Positions 1 through 7,262 are shown, counted from the first letter of the stretch. The stretch: DNA of 18,855 nt from Candidatus Nanohalobium sp. (GCA_042217555.1 JBDGSL010000061.1:1-18855); one strand, 5' to 3'. The notes: generated by a model not told the origin, from the sequence alone. Program-made: numbers and translations.

Positions 1-623
1 TCCACCTCCACTGTTGGACCCATGGTGGTTTTAACTAACACTGATTTCAGGTTGTTGTCGCCTTTAGGCATCTCGCCTGATACGAACTCGTAGATTGTGT
101 CTGCGTTCATCGCCACGTTTTCTAGGTCCTGTTCTTCGTTTCCGATTTTAACCTGCATCAATGGCTCCTGGGCGAGTCGAAGCGTTACAGTGTTCCTCAG
201 GTCTTCAATGTCTTCGCTTGGATCTTCTCCTGGCTGTACAGGGTCTGGCATCATGTTTCTAGGGCCGAGAACCTGTCCCAGCTGTGAACCGATCTTAGGC
301 ATCAGAGGTGCCTCAGCAAGGAGGAAGGTGTACTCTTCAGCCAGATCCTTTGCGTTGTCAGGATTGTCGAAGTACTCGTCTTCAAGCTCGTTCTCGCTGA
401 TCTTCTTGTCTGCATTGTCTGCCTGGTTCGTTATTGAGTCTCCTATTACTGCAACCTTGATCTCTTCGTCGGCCTGGTAAGGCAGCTTGATATCTTCGTT
501 GAAACGGTTGTTTGGATCGGACAGGTCGACACCCCTGAAGTTGAATATCAGGTCGACTGACTCCGTGAAGTTTCTGTCTCCGGATTCTTCAACTGCTTCT
601 TCGATTGCCTGTTCAAAGTTCAC
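1..623 (-). CDS. rpl1: 50S ribosomal protein L1 (uL1); stop codon lies just beyond the left edge of the window
   Basis: Not in the ORF track; translated by hand from GTG at 623: MNFEQAIEEAVEESGDRNFTESVDLIFNFRGVDL...LAEAPLMPKIGSQLGQVLGPRNMMP...NLKSVLVKTTMGPTVEV, which are archaeal L1 motifs. SD AGGTGA at 635-630. Lies downstream of rpl11. Confidence 0.97.
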   Translation of the reverse strand, partial: MNFEQAIEEAVEESGDRNFTESVDLIFNFRGVDLSDPNNRFNEDIKLPYQADEEIKVAVIGDSITNQADNADKKISENELEDEYFDNPDNAKDLAEEYTFLLAEAPLMPKIGSQLGQVLGPRNMMPDPVQPGEDPSEDIEDLRNTVTLRLAQEPLMQVKIGNEEQDLENVAMNADTIYEFVSGEMPKGDNNLKSVLVKTTMGPTVEV

Positions 624-625
624 TC

Positions 626-676
626 GAAATCACCTTGTGATTTCTGCATGACCGAGAAAACTTGTTTTCGACTCAT
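626..676 (-). promoter_or_regulatory. Two tandem hairpins in the rpl11-rpl1 spacer; the second contains the rpl1 Shine-Dalgarno
   Basis: Perfect 8-bp inverted repeat GAAATCAC-AAG-GTGATTTC (626-644) overlapping SD AGGTGA, plus an imperfect hairpin ATGA-G-TCGA-AAAC-AA-GTTT-TC-TCGG-TCAT (648-676). Confidence 0.5.
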
Positions 677-679
677 TTA

Positions 680-1177
680 TCAAATCCCCTCCTCGTTTTC
701 AAGTTGATCATCGTATTTTCCGTCGTCGATTTCCTGGTGTACTTCAACAGCTTCTTTCCCGTCAACTGTAATTCCGGCGGAGTGCGCGGAACCGATTACT
801 TCTTTCACTGCACCTCTTAGATCCATTGCAAGAAGGTCGGTTGACTTCATCCTTGCGATCTTACATGCAGTTGAGAAGTCCATGTCGGCTACCTTGTCCT
901 TGTTTGGTTCGCCTGATCCTTTCTCGATTCCCAGTTCGTCGAAGATTAGCTGGGCGACTGGAGGTGTACCGACTTCTACCGTGAAGTCTCCTGTGTCTTC
1001 GTCGACTTCTACGTCGACTGGTACTTCCATTCCGTCAAAGTCCTTGGTTTTGTCGTTGATTGCTGACACGACTTCCCCTACGTCCGCGGGCAGAGGCCCG
1101 AGTTCCGGTCCTAGGGGAGGTCCTGCGGAGGCTGATCCTCCTTCCACCAAAGTTGAAATAGTGGTCTTATCTCCCAT
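680..1177 (-). CDS. rpl11: 50S ribosomal protein L11 (uL11)
   Basis: LVEGGSASAGPPLGPELGP, DFDGMEVPV, VGTPP and KGSGEP are archaeal L11 motifs. SD AAGGTGA upstream. Located between spt5 and rpl1. Confidence 0.97.
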   Translation of the reverse strand: MGDKTTISTLVEGGSASAGPPLGPELGPLPADVGEVVSAINDKTKDFDGMEVPVDVEVDEDTGDFTVEVGTPPVAQLIFDELGIEKGSGEPNKDKVADMDFSTACKIARMKSTDLLAMDLRGAVKEVIGSAHSAGITVDGKEAVEVHQEIDDGKYDDQLENEEGI

Positions 1178-1213
1178 GTTAAGTTTTCACCTTCATAGTA
1201 TAGTTTTGAAACT

Positions 1214-1651
1214 TCATCCCTGGCTGGCTTTTTTTCTTACAGTGTCGATGTCTACAGTTGTCGGGATGGGAACTGCTGCATCGACAAGTTCGATCGTTAC
1301 TTCGCGGTTTCCTTCGTCAACTCTCTCGATCTTTGCTTCTTCTCCCTTGAAAGGCCCGCTGATCACTTCAACGATGTCTCCCTCCTCGATCTTGATCTCT
1401 TCCTGTTCCTCGCTTAGGTACTTTTCGATTTCGTCGACATCTACTTCTTCATCCAGAACTCCTCGAGCGTTTCTGGAGTCGTTTACCAGGTCTTTGATGT
1501 CTTGTTCCTTTCCCTCGATGAAGATGTATCCTTTGAGGTCGTCAGGGTGGAAAACCGCTTTTATGTCGAGGTTTTCTCCCTTGATCTTGCTTCTCATCGA
1601 GTTGATAGCGGTCTTTTCACGTCCTCTCGTGGTTCTCGCGGTAAGTATCAT
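1214..1651 (-). CDS. spt5: Transcription elongation factor Spt5/NusG
   Basis: NGN domain (RTTRGRE, LKGYIFIE) plus KOW motif (GDIVEVISGPFKGEEAKI). Conserved secE-spt5-rpl11 order. SD GAGGT upstream. Confidence 0.96.
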   Translation of the reverse strand: MILTARTTRGREKTAINSMRSKIKGENLDIKAVFHPDDLKGYIFIEGKEQDIKDLVNDSRNARGVLDEEVDVDEIEKYLSEEQEEIKIEEGDIVEVISGPFKGEEAKIERVDEGNREVTIELVDAAVPIPTTVDIDTVRKKASQG

Positions 1652-1666
1652 TGTCTTTTTAACCTC

Positions 1667-1867
1667 TTAGAGCAGGCCTGGTATCTGATTTGACATCAGG
1701 TAGAAGATGAATCCTATTACTCCTATCAGGATTATCCCGGCACCTGTTATCTTTGCACTCATCTCGAATTCCTCTCTATCTGGTTTCTCGGCTATCTTGA
1801 GAACTCTGCGGTACTCTCTGAGTTTCTCCAACGCCGTGTTCTTGAGCTTGTTCGGATCTAGATCCAT
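1667..1867 (-). CDS. secE: Protein translocase subunit SecE (Sec61-gamma)
   Basis: EYRRVLKIAEKPDREEF followed by one transmembrane helix (AKITGAGIILIGVIGFIFYL). SD AGGTGA at about 1885-1880. Confidence 0.95.
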   Translation of the reverse strand: MDLDPNKLKNTALEKLREYRRVLKIAEKPDREEFEMSAKITGAGIILIGVIGFIFYLMSNQIPGLL

Positions 1868-1877
1868 CCTTGAACTT

Positions 1878-1968
1878 CTTCACCTGGTGATCAACCCGCG
1901 ACTAGAGAAACTAGATGCTTGCAGATACTAGTTTCCCCTCCCACTGTGAAGTGGTGCCAACGGGTCTT
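1878..1968 (-). promoter_or_regulatory. Putative structured 5' leader RNA of the secE-spt5-rpl11-rpl1 transcript (candidate L1-binding r-leader)
   Basis: Lies between a TATA box (1995-2002) and the secE SD. Stems: GACCCG/CGGGUU, CCAC/GUGG and GAAACUAG/CUAGUUUC. Contains CCC-GUUGGCA-CCAC...GUGG-GA-GGG. Confidence 0.55.
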
Positions 1969-1994
1969 TACAGGATAAAGGAGAAGAAGGAAAA

Positions 1995-2002
1995 TTTATA
2001 AA
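1995..2002 (-). promoter_or_regulatory. TATA box for the secE-spt5-rpl11-rpl1 operon
   Basis: TTTATAAA, about 30 nt upstream of the start of the structured leader. Confidence 0.6.
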
Positions 2003-2062
2003 TCCGGTCAACCTTGAGAATGCAGAAGTTGGCGGTGTGAATAGTTTCTCTGCTTCTCTCCT

Positions 2063-2090
2063 GAAAAAGTTCTTTTTCCCGTGAAAAAGA
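2063..2090 (-). terminator. Putative ftsZ terminator (hairpin plus U-tracts)
   Basis: Minus strand TCTTTTTC-ACGG-GAAAAAGA (perfect 8-bp stem, 2071-2090) followed by ACTTTTTC, downstream of the ftsZ stop. Confidence 0.5.
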
Positions 2091-2174
2091 GATATATCGT
2101 GGTTCGCTACGGGGGAAAGGGCCCTGAATCGGGCCTTCCTGCACGTGTTTGAAAGGGTTTTTAGAGGAAGGACT

Positions 2175-3284
2175 CTATATGAACTCTACTCCTAGTTCTT
2201 CCTCGATTTCGTCCTCGTACTCGTCCTGATGGGTTTTTTCAGGCCCGTAGATCTGAGGTGAATCGACTCCTGTGACGATGATCATGGACTGCAACGAGTT
2301 ATCCATGTCTTCCCTGACCTGTGCTCCCCAGATGATCTTTGCCGAATCCGAGAGTTTTCCGCTTACTGTGTTGACGACTTCCTGTGCCTCGTTCAGGCTC
2401 AGTGAGGTGCCGCCTGTTACGTTTACGAGTGCGCCTTTACCTCCTTCGATGTCCACGTCGAGCAGTGGGTTGCTTAGTGCTTTCTGCACTGCTTCCGTGG
2501 CTCTGGAGTCTGTGTCGCTCTGACCCATTCCGATCATTGCGATTCCTCCTTCTCCCATGACTGCTCTGATGTCTGCGAAGTCCAGGTTGACCAGTCCCGG
2601 TTTGGTTACTAGTTCTGTTACTCCTTTTACGGCGTTTACGAGTATTTCGTCTGCGATCTTGAACGCTGTATTCAGGGAGACATCCGGGACGATTTCGAGT
2701 AGTTTGTCGTTTGGTATTACGATGAGTGTGTCGACTGTTGCTTCCAGTCTTTCCAGGCCGTATTCTGCGTTTTCCTGTCGGGCCTGTCCTTCCATTTCGA
2801 ATGGTAGTGTTACGATTCCGACGGTTAGTGCGCCTTCTTTTTTGGCCTGTTCTGCGATTACAGGTGCGGAGCCTGTTCCTGTTCCTCCTCCGAGGCCGCA
2901 GGTGATGAAGACCATGTCGCTTCCCGCTACCTGCTGTTTGATCTTCTGCTGGCTTTCCTTTGCGGATTCTTCTCCGACTTTTGGATCTGCGCCTGCTCCG
3001 AGTCCTCCGGTCAGTTCTTTTCCGATAAGTACTTTTTCGTCTGCGTTTGCGTAGAGAAGGTCCTGGGCGTCGGTGTTCATCGCGACTGTTTCACAGCCCT
3101 CGATACCGACCTCTACCAGGCGGGATATAGTATTGTTTCCGGCTCCACCGGAACCGATAACCTTGATATCAGCCTTTCTCTGCTCAATCAGGTCTTCAAG
3201 CTCTTCATCGATATCGTGGTTTTTCTGCTTTTGAGGCACAGATCCAGAGTCGTTCCGCCTTGCTTCGTTTATAGAATCTTCCAT
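2175..3284 (-). CDS. ftsZ: Cell division protein FtsZ (FtsZ1 clade)
   Basis: IKVIGSGGAGNN, AMNTDAQDL, GLGAGADP, tubulin signature GLGGGTGTG, T7 loop VNLDFAD, IIWGA. C-terminal LGVEFI tail and position upstream of secE are typical of archaeal FtsZ1. Start is ATG 3284 or the adjacent GTG 3287. Confidence 0.98.
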   Translation of the reverse strand: MEDSINEARRNDSGSVPQKQKNHDIDEELEDLIEQRKADIKVIGSGGAGNNTISRLVEVGIEGCETVAMNTDAQDLLYANADEKVLIGKELTGGLGAGADPKVGEESAKESQQKIKQQVAGSDMVFITCGLGGGTGTGSAPVIAEQAKKEGALTVGIVTLPFEMEGQARQENAEYGLERLEATVDTLIVIPNDKLLEIVPDVSLNTAFKIADEILVNAVKGVTELVTKPGLVNLDFADIRAVMGEGGIAMIGMGQSDTDSRATEAVQKALSNPLLDVDIEGGKGALVNVTGGTSLSLNEAQEVVNTVSGKLSDSAKIIWGAQVREDMDNSLQSMIIVTGVDSPQIYGPEKTHQDEYEDEIEEELGVEFI

Positions 3285-3325
3285 CACAGGACCACTTTCT
3301 TATGTAAAACAAGTAGTCACTAAAC

Positions 3326-3335
3326 TATATAAAAA
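3326..3335 (-). promoter_or_regulatory. TATA box for ftsZ
   Basis: Minus strand TTTTTATATA, about 40 nt upstream of the ftsZ start. Confidence 0.55.
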
Positions 3336-3404
3336 TGGCTCAGGGCCGGGACCTTTGAAATAAAGGGGTATAACGGTTATTGGGAGAACTGAGAAGGAGT
3401 GAAA

Positions 3405-4058
3405 TTACTCCTCGAACTCCACTTCTTCGATTCCTGTGTACTCTGTGATCTCGTTCCTGATTCCTTCTTTTGCTTCTTCTGGCAGTGTGTGGGTGTGGTC
3501 GTCGTCTTCGTGGGTGTGGATGATCGTCGCTTTATCTCCGTCGAACTCTATGTTGCCGTGGCCTAAACGGTAGTTGAAGATGTACTCTGCTTTCTCTTTA
3601 TCGTCCTCAATTTTCTCCTGTACTTTTACCCAGTAGTTGAGGTCTTTTCCTGCTAGTGGGTGGTTGAAGTCGATTCTTACTCTGCCTGATCCTTTGGATA
3701 CTACTTTTCCCTGTCTTCTTCCGACCATGATTCTTTCGCCGACTCTGACGTTGACGTCCTGTTTCTCGAACTCTCGTTCCGGGAAGGTCTCCATATTGTC
3801 TGCTTTTCTTTCCCCGTAGGCTTTCTTGGCCGGCACTTTGATTTCTGCTTCTTCTCCTACTTCCATTTCCTTTATCTTTTCTTCCAATCCTTCGATCACG
3901 TAGTCTTCTCCGATAAGTACCGGTATGGGTTTGTACTCTCTTTCCTCCTGGTACACATCCTTTTCCCTTGCTTTTTCCTCGCTGCTAAGATCGAAGATTT
4001 CGCCGTCTGTACGGCCTACGTAGTCTATGAGAACAAGGTCTCCTTTTTCCAGTGCCAT
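3405..4058 (-). CDS. slyD: FKBP-type peptidyl-prolyl cis-trans isomerase (SlyD/long archaeal type)
   Basis: MALEKGDLVLIDYVGR, GEIFD, VIEGLEE, VPAKKAYGER and RVRIDFNHPLAGKDL, plus a C-terminal extension. Start moved to ATG 4058 because family homology begins there and a TATA-like element lies about 25 nt upstream. Confidence 0.93.
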   Translation of the reverse strand: MALEKGDLVLIDYVGRTDGEIFDLSSEEKAREKDVYQEEREYKPIPVLIGEDYVIEGLEEKIKEMEVGEEAEIKVPAKKAYGERKADNMETFPEREFEKQDVNVRVGERIMVGRRQGKVVSKGSGRVRIDFNHPLAGKDLNYWVKVQEKIEDDKEKAEYIFNYRLGHGNIEFDGDKATIIHTHEDDDHTHTLPEEAKEGIRNEITEYTGIEEVEFEE

Positions 4059-4080
4059 ACCCAGGGTTTCATTTGGAAAC

Positions 4081-4089
4081 ATTAAAAAC
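4081..4089. promoter_or_regulatory. Shared AT-rich TATA-like element between divergent slyD and the hypothetical gene
   Basis: ATTAAAAA (minus strand TTTTTAAT) lies about 25 nt from both ATG 4058 (-) and ATG 4114 (+), consistent with two leaderless transcripts. Confidence 0.4.
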
Positions 4090-4113
4090 GTTCAACTTTC
4101 CGGTAACAAGTAT

Positions 4114-4383
4114 ATGAGCTGGATGGAAAAACTGCCTGAAAAGGTTCAGGACTCTCTGGACAACCTACTTCTCGAAACCGAGCAACACGAAGAGGTCTAC
4201 ATGGACGCGGAAAATGCGCCTATAGGCCAGATCTGGGTTGCGATGGCACAGATGAACAGCAGGATAGAAAAACTGGAGGACATGGTTCAGGCGCAGAGAA
4301 AGGCCCTGAAAGAAGTAGATGTAGAAGTAGAAGTCGACAAACACCTGGATAAAGACCTGAAGGAAAGCCTGAAAAGATATTAG
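4114..4383 (+). CDS. Small hypothetical protein (89 aa, helical/coiled-coil)
   Basis: MSWMEKLPEKVQDSLDNLL...IGQIWVAMAQMNSRIEKLEDMVQAQRKALKE. Acidic composition and purine-rich codon style match the neighbouring genes, and it fills the gap between slyD and leuS. The track start at 4027 overlaps slyD and is unlikely. Confidence 0.8.
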   Translation: MSWMEKLPEKVQDSLDNLLLETEQHEEVYMDAENAPIGQIWVAMAQMNSRIEKLEDMVQAQRKALKEVDVEVEVDKHLDKDLKESLKRY

Positions 4384-4417
4384 AGAAAAAGGATTTTTGA
4401 AGTCCTGAAGAATTTTT
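4384..4417. terminator. Bidirectional oligo-T terminator region between convergent hypothetical gene and leuS
   Basis: AAAAA at 4386-4390 (T-tract on minus) and TTTTT at 4394-4398 and 4413-4417 on plus. Confidence 0.4.
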
Positions 4418-7195
4418 TCACTTCATCACTATGGCTGGCTTACCGGGTTCCGCCCTGTCAGCCTTGTCCTCTGAGCTTTCTTCTTCCGACTCTATTTCTA
4501 CTTCGAGGTTGAATTCTTCTCTCCATCTCTCTTTGTTGGCTTTGAGGGCTTCTTCCTCTACGTTTTTCTCGATTAACTGGTTTCTGAACTTGCCTGGGTT
4601 CTGGTAGGCGTCCTGGACTTTCTGGTTCACCTTGTCCGCGTGTTCCTTGAATCCTGCGCCGACTACCTTGCCCGTAATCGCCCCGATATCTTCAAGCTCA
4701 AGGTTCTCCTCTATCTCCTGGAATGCGTCGTATTTCCAGTCTGCTGCCCTGATTACCTTGACCTTCTCCGGCTCTACGTCAAGCATCTCCCGGATTTCAC
4801 GGACGTCGCTGGCCACCCTGTCGAAGTACTCGTCGATCCTCTCTGCTTCCGTGTCAAGCAGTTTTTCGTCGACTTCAGGCCATTCTGAACTGTAGAGGAA
4901 TCCGTCTTCCAACTTGTTCCAGAGTTCGTCGCCCAGGTGTGGTGCAAACGGTGCTACAAGTTTTACCAGTGTTTTAACGCCGTGTGTAAAGATTGCAGGG
5001 TCTGTATCTCTCTGTTTGTACCAGTAGAGCTTTGTCAGGAGTTTGTCGACTTCTCCGGCAGCCAAGTTGAACTCGTAGTTGTCGTTGTAATCTGTCACGT
5101 TCTCAATGGCTCTCTGAATTCTGCTAGAGATGATTCTGTCCTGGAGATCGGCGTCTTCAAGACCTGGTTCGTCTTCTGTCAGCAAGTCCTGGTTCTCGGT
5201 TACAAGTCTTTCAATTCTTTCAAGTGTGTCGTGCGAGGCCTGTACTCCGTCCTTCGACCAGTCCAGTTCCTTGTTAGGGTGAGACGCGCTGAGGATGAAA
5301 AGCCGGGCGGTATCAGCTCCGTACTCCTCTACCAGCTCGGAAGGCCTGACAACGTTGTTCTTTGACTTTGACATCTTGATGGTCTCGACCTCGACCTCTC
5401 TCCCGCATTTCGAGCAGATGTTCTCGTCTTCAATCTCCTCGGGGTACATCCAGCCGTGTTCAGGGCATTTGTATGCGGGATGGTTCACCATTCCCTGTGT
5501 CAACAGTTTCTCGAACGGTTCGTCGTCTTCAACCATGCCCTGGTCTCTGAGGAACTTCTGGAAGAATCTTGCGTAGATCAGGTGCATCGTGGCGTGTTCT
5601 ATGCCGCCGACGTACTGGTCAACATTCATCCAGTAGTTTGCTTTCTCCGGGTCGAACGGAGCTTCCTCGAAGTCCGGAGAAGTGTAACGAAGGAAGTACC
5701 AGGACGAGTTGATAAACGTATCCATCGTATCTGTCTCTCTTTCAGCTTCCCCACCGCATTTCGGGCATTCAGTGTCTACGAAGTGGTCTGAGGTCTTTAC
5801 CGGGTTGCCCTGACCGGTGAATTCCACGTCTTCAGGCAGCTCTACCGGTAGATCATCCTCTTCTACAGGGACGACACCACAGTCATCACAGTACACGACC
5901 GGGATTGGTGTGCCCCAGTAACGCTGCCGGGATACAAGCCAGTCACGTAGCTTGTAGTTGAAGTCTTCCTCACCGATATCTTTCTCCTCGATCCTTCTTA
6001 CTGCTTTCTCTATAGCATCTTCTTTTTTGAGTCCGTCAAGGAACTCCGAGTTGACGTGTTCGCCGTCACCTTCCCAGGCACCGTTCTCCTCAAAGCTGTG
6101 ACCTTCATCTGGCCTGACTACGGTCTGAACCTCTATACCGTGTTCCTGTGCGAACTCGAAGTCTCTCTGGTCGTGTGCCGGGACAGCCATGATCGCGCCG
6201 GTTCCTGCGTCCTCCAGTACGAACTCTGCAACATAGATAGGTATTTCCTCGCCGGTGAAAGGGTTTTCAGCGTATTTTCCGGTGAATACTCCTTCTTTCG
6301 ATTTCTCCTCTCTTTCCTTGTCAGTCTTCTGTTTTGCCTCTTCTATGTACTCCGCGACTTCTCTGTTTTCCTCTGCGATATCCTCAGCAAGTTCGTGTTC
6401 GGGTGCTAAAGCCATGAATGTGGCTCCAAAGATAGTGTCTGGCCGAGTGGTAAACACTTCCAGTTCTCCACTCTGTTTAAGCGGAAACTCTATCTTTGCA
6501 CCTCTACTCTTGCCTATCCAGTTCTCCTGCATCTCCCTTACTTTGTCAGGCCAGCCATCAAGCTGCTCAAGGTCTTCCAGTAGTTCATCCGCGTAGTCGG
6601 TTATAGCAAGCTTCCACTGTTTCATCTCCTTGTTCTGGTTGACCTCTGTATCACATCTCCAGCAAAGCCCGTTCTCTACCTGTTCATCTGCCAGGACGGT
6701 TTCACAGCTCGGACACCAGTTGACCTTGGCCTCATCACGGTATGCAATTCCCTCTTCCAGCATCTTCAGGAATATCCACTGATCCCACCGGTAGTAATCT
6801 GGCTTACAGGTCGTGATCTCACGGCTCCAGTCCAGTGAAAACCCTAGACGCTTGAACTCCTTCCTCATATCGCTGATACAGTCAAATGTCCACTCCTCCG
6901 GGTCGACATCCCTGTCGATCGCTGCGTTTTCAGCAGGCATGCCGAAAGCATCCCACCCCATCGGATGCATAACGTTGAAGCCCTGCATTGCTTTGTAACG
7001 GGCGTAGACATCGCTGAGTGAGAAAGCCCTGCCATGACCCATATGCATCCTGCCGGAAGGATACGGGAACATATCTAGTACATAGCATTTCTCCCTGTCT
7101 TCGTCAATCTCTGCTTGATGGACTTCTTCCTCTTCCCATTTTTCCTGCCATTTTTGTTCTATCTGCTTAAGCCTTTCAGCGAATTCTCGGGCCAT
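4418..7195 (-). CDS. leuS: Leucine--tRNA ligase (bacterial-type catalytic core)
   Basis: MFPYPSGRMHMGH (HIGH motif), PMGWDAFGMPAENAAI, CP1 editing motifs FTTRPDT and GTGAIMAVPAHDQRD, DWLVSRQRYWGTPIP, ETDTMDTF, YVGGIEHA and KMSKS. Confidence 0.98.
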   Translation of the reverse strand: MAREFAERLKQIEQKWQEKWEEEEVHQAEIDEDREKCYVLDMFPYPSGRMHMGHGRAFSLSDVYARYKAMQGFNVMHPMGWDAFGMPAENAAIDRDVDPEEWTFDCISDMRKEFKRLGFSLDWSREITTCKPDYYRWDQWIFLKMLEEGIAYRDEAKVNWCPSCETVLADEQVENGLCWRCDTEVNQNKEMKQWKLAITDYADELLEDLEQLDGWPDKVREMQENWIGKSRGAKIEFPLKQSGELEVFTTRPDTIFGATFMALAPEHELAEDIAEENREVAEYIEEAKQKTDKEREEKSKEGVFTGKYAENPFTGEEIPIYVAEFVLEDAGTGAIMAVPAHDQRDFEFAQEHGIEVQTVVRPDEGHSFEENGAWEGDGEHVNSEFLDGLKKEDAIEKAVRRIEEKDIGEEDFNYKLRDWLVSRQRYWGTPIPVVYCDDCGVVPVEEDDLPVELPEDVEFTGQGNPVKTSDHFVDTECPKCGGEAERETDTMDTFINSSWYFLRYTSPDFEEAPFDPEKANYWMNVDQYVGGIEHATMHLIYARFFQKFLRDQGMVEDDEPFEKLLTQGMVNHPAYKCPEHGWMYPEEIEDENICSKCGREVEVETIKMSKSKNNVVRPSELVEEYGADTARLFILSASHPNKELDWSKDGVQASHDTLERIERLVTENQDLLTEDEPGLEDADLQDRIISSRIQRAIENVTDYNDNYEFNLAAGEVDKLLTKLYWYKQRDTDPAIFTHGVKTLVKLVAPFAPHLGDELWNKLEDGFLYSSEWPEVDEKLLDTEAERIDEYFDRVASDVREIREMLDVEPEKVKVIRAADWKYDAFQEIEENLELEDIGAITGKVVGAGFKEHADKVNQKVQDAYQNPGKFRNQLIEKNVEEEALKANKERWREEFNLEVEIESEEESSEDKADRAEPGKPAIVMK

Positions 7196-7262
7196 ATCCA
7201 GAGTTTTATGTCAAACTTATTTTAGAATTAGTGTAGAGGATTCTGGCCGGACCGGGCTACTA

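Noticed and set aside
882..1670. 262-aa Ser/Thr-rich plus-strand ORF resembling a mucin-like protein
   Set aside because: It is the antisense read of Glu/Asp/Val codons in rpl11 and spt5. The same artefact produces the many other Ser-rich ORFs in the track.
1868..2174. tRNA, SRP RNA or SECIS element in the secE-ftsZ spacer
   Set aside because: GGTTCG at 2101 is not within a cloverleaf, no SRP helix-8 motif is seen, the hairpin lacks the GAA/A SECIS geometry, and no in-frame UGA gene is nearby.
4027..4113. Longer N-termini for slyD (4082) and the hypothetical gene (4027) in the ORF track
   Set aside because: They would overlap head-to-head and cover the TATA-like element. Homology and spacing favour ATG 4058 and ATG 4114.
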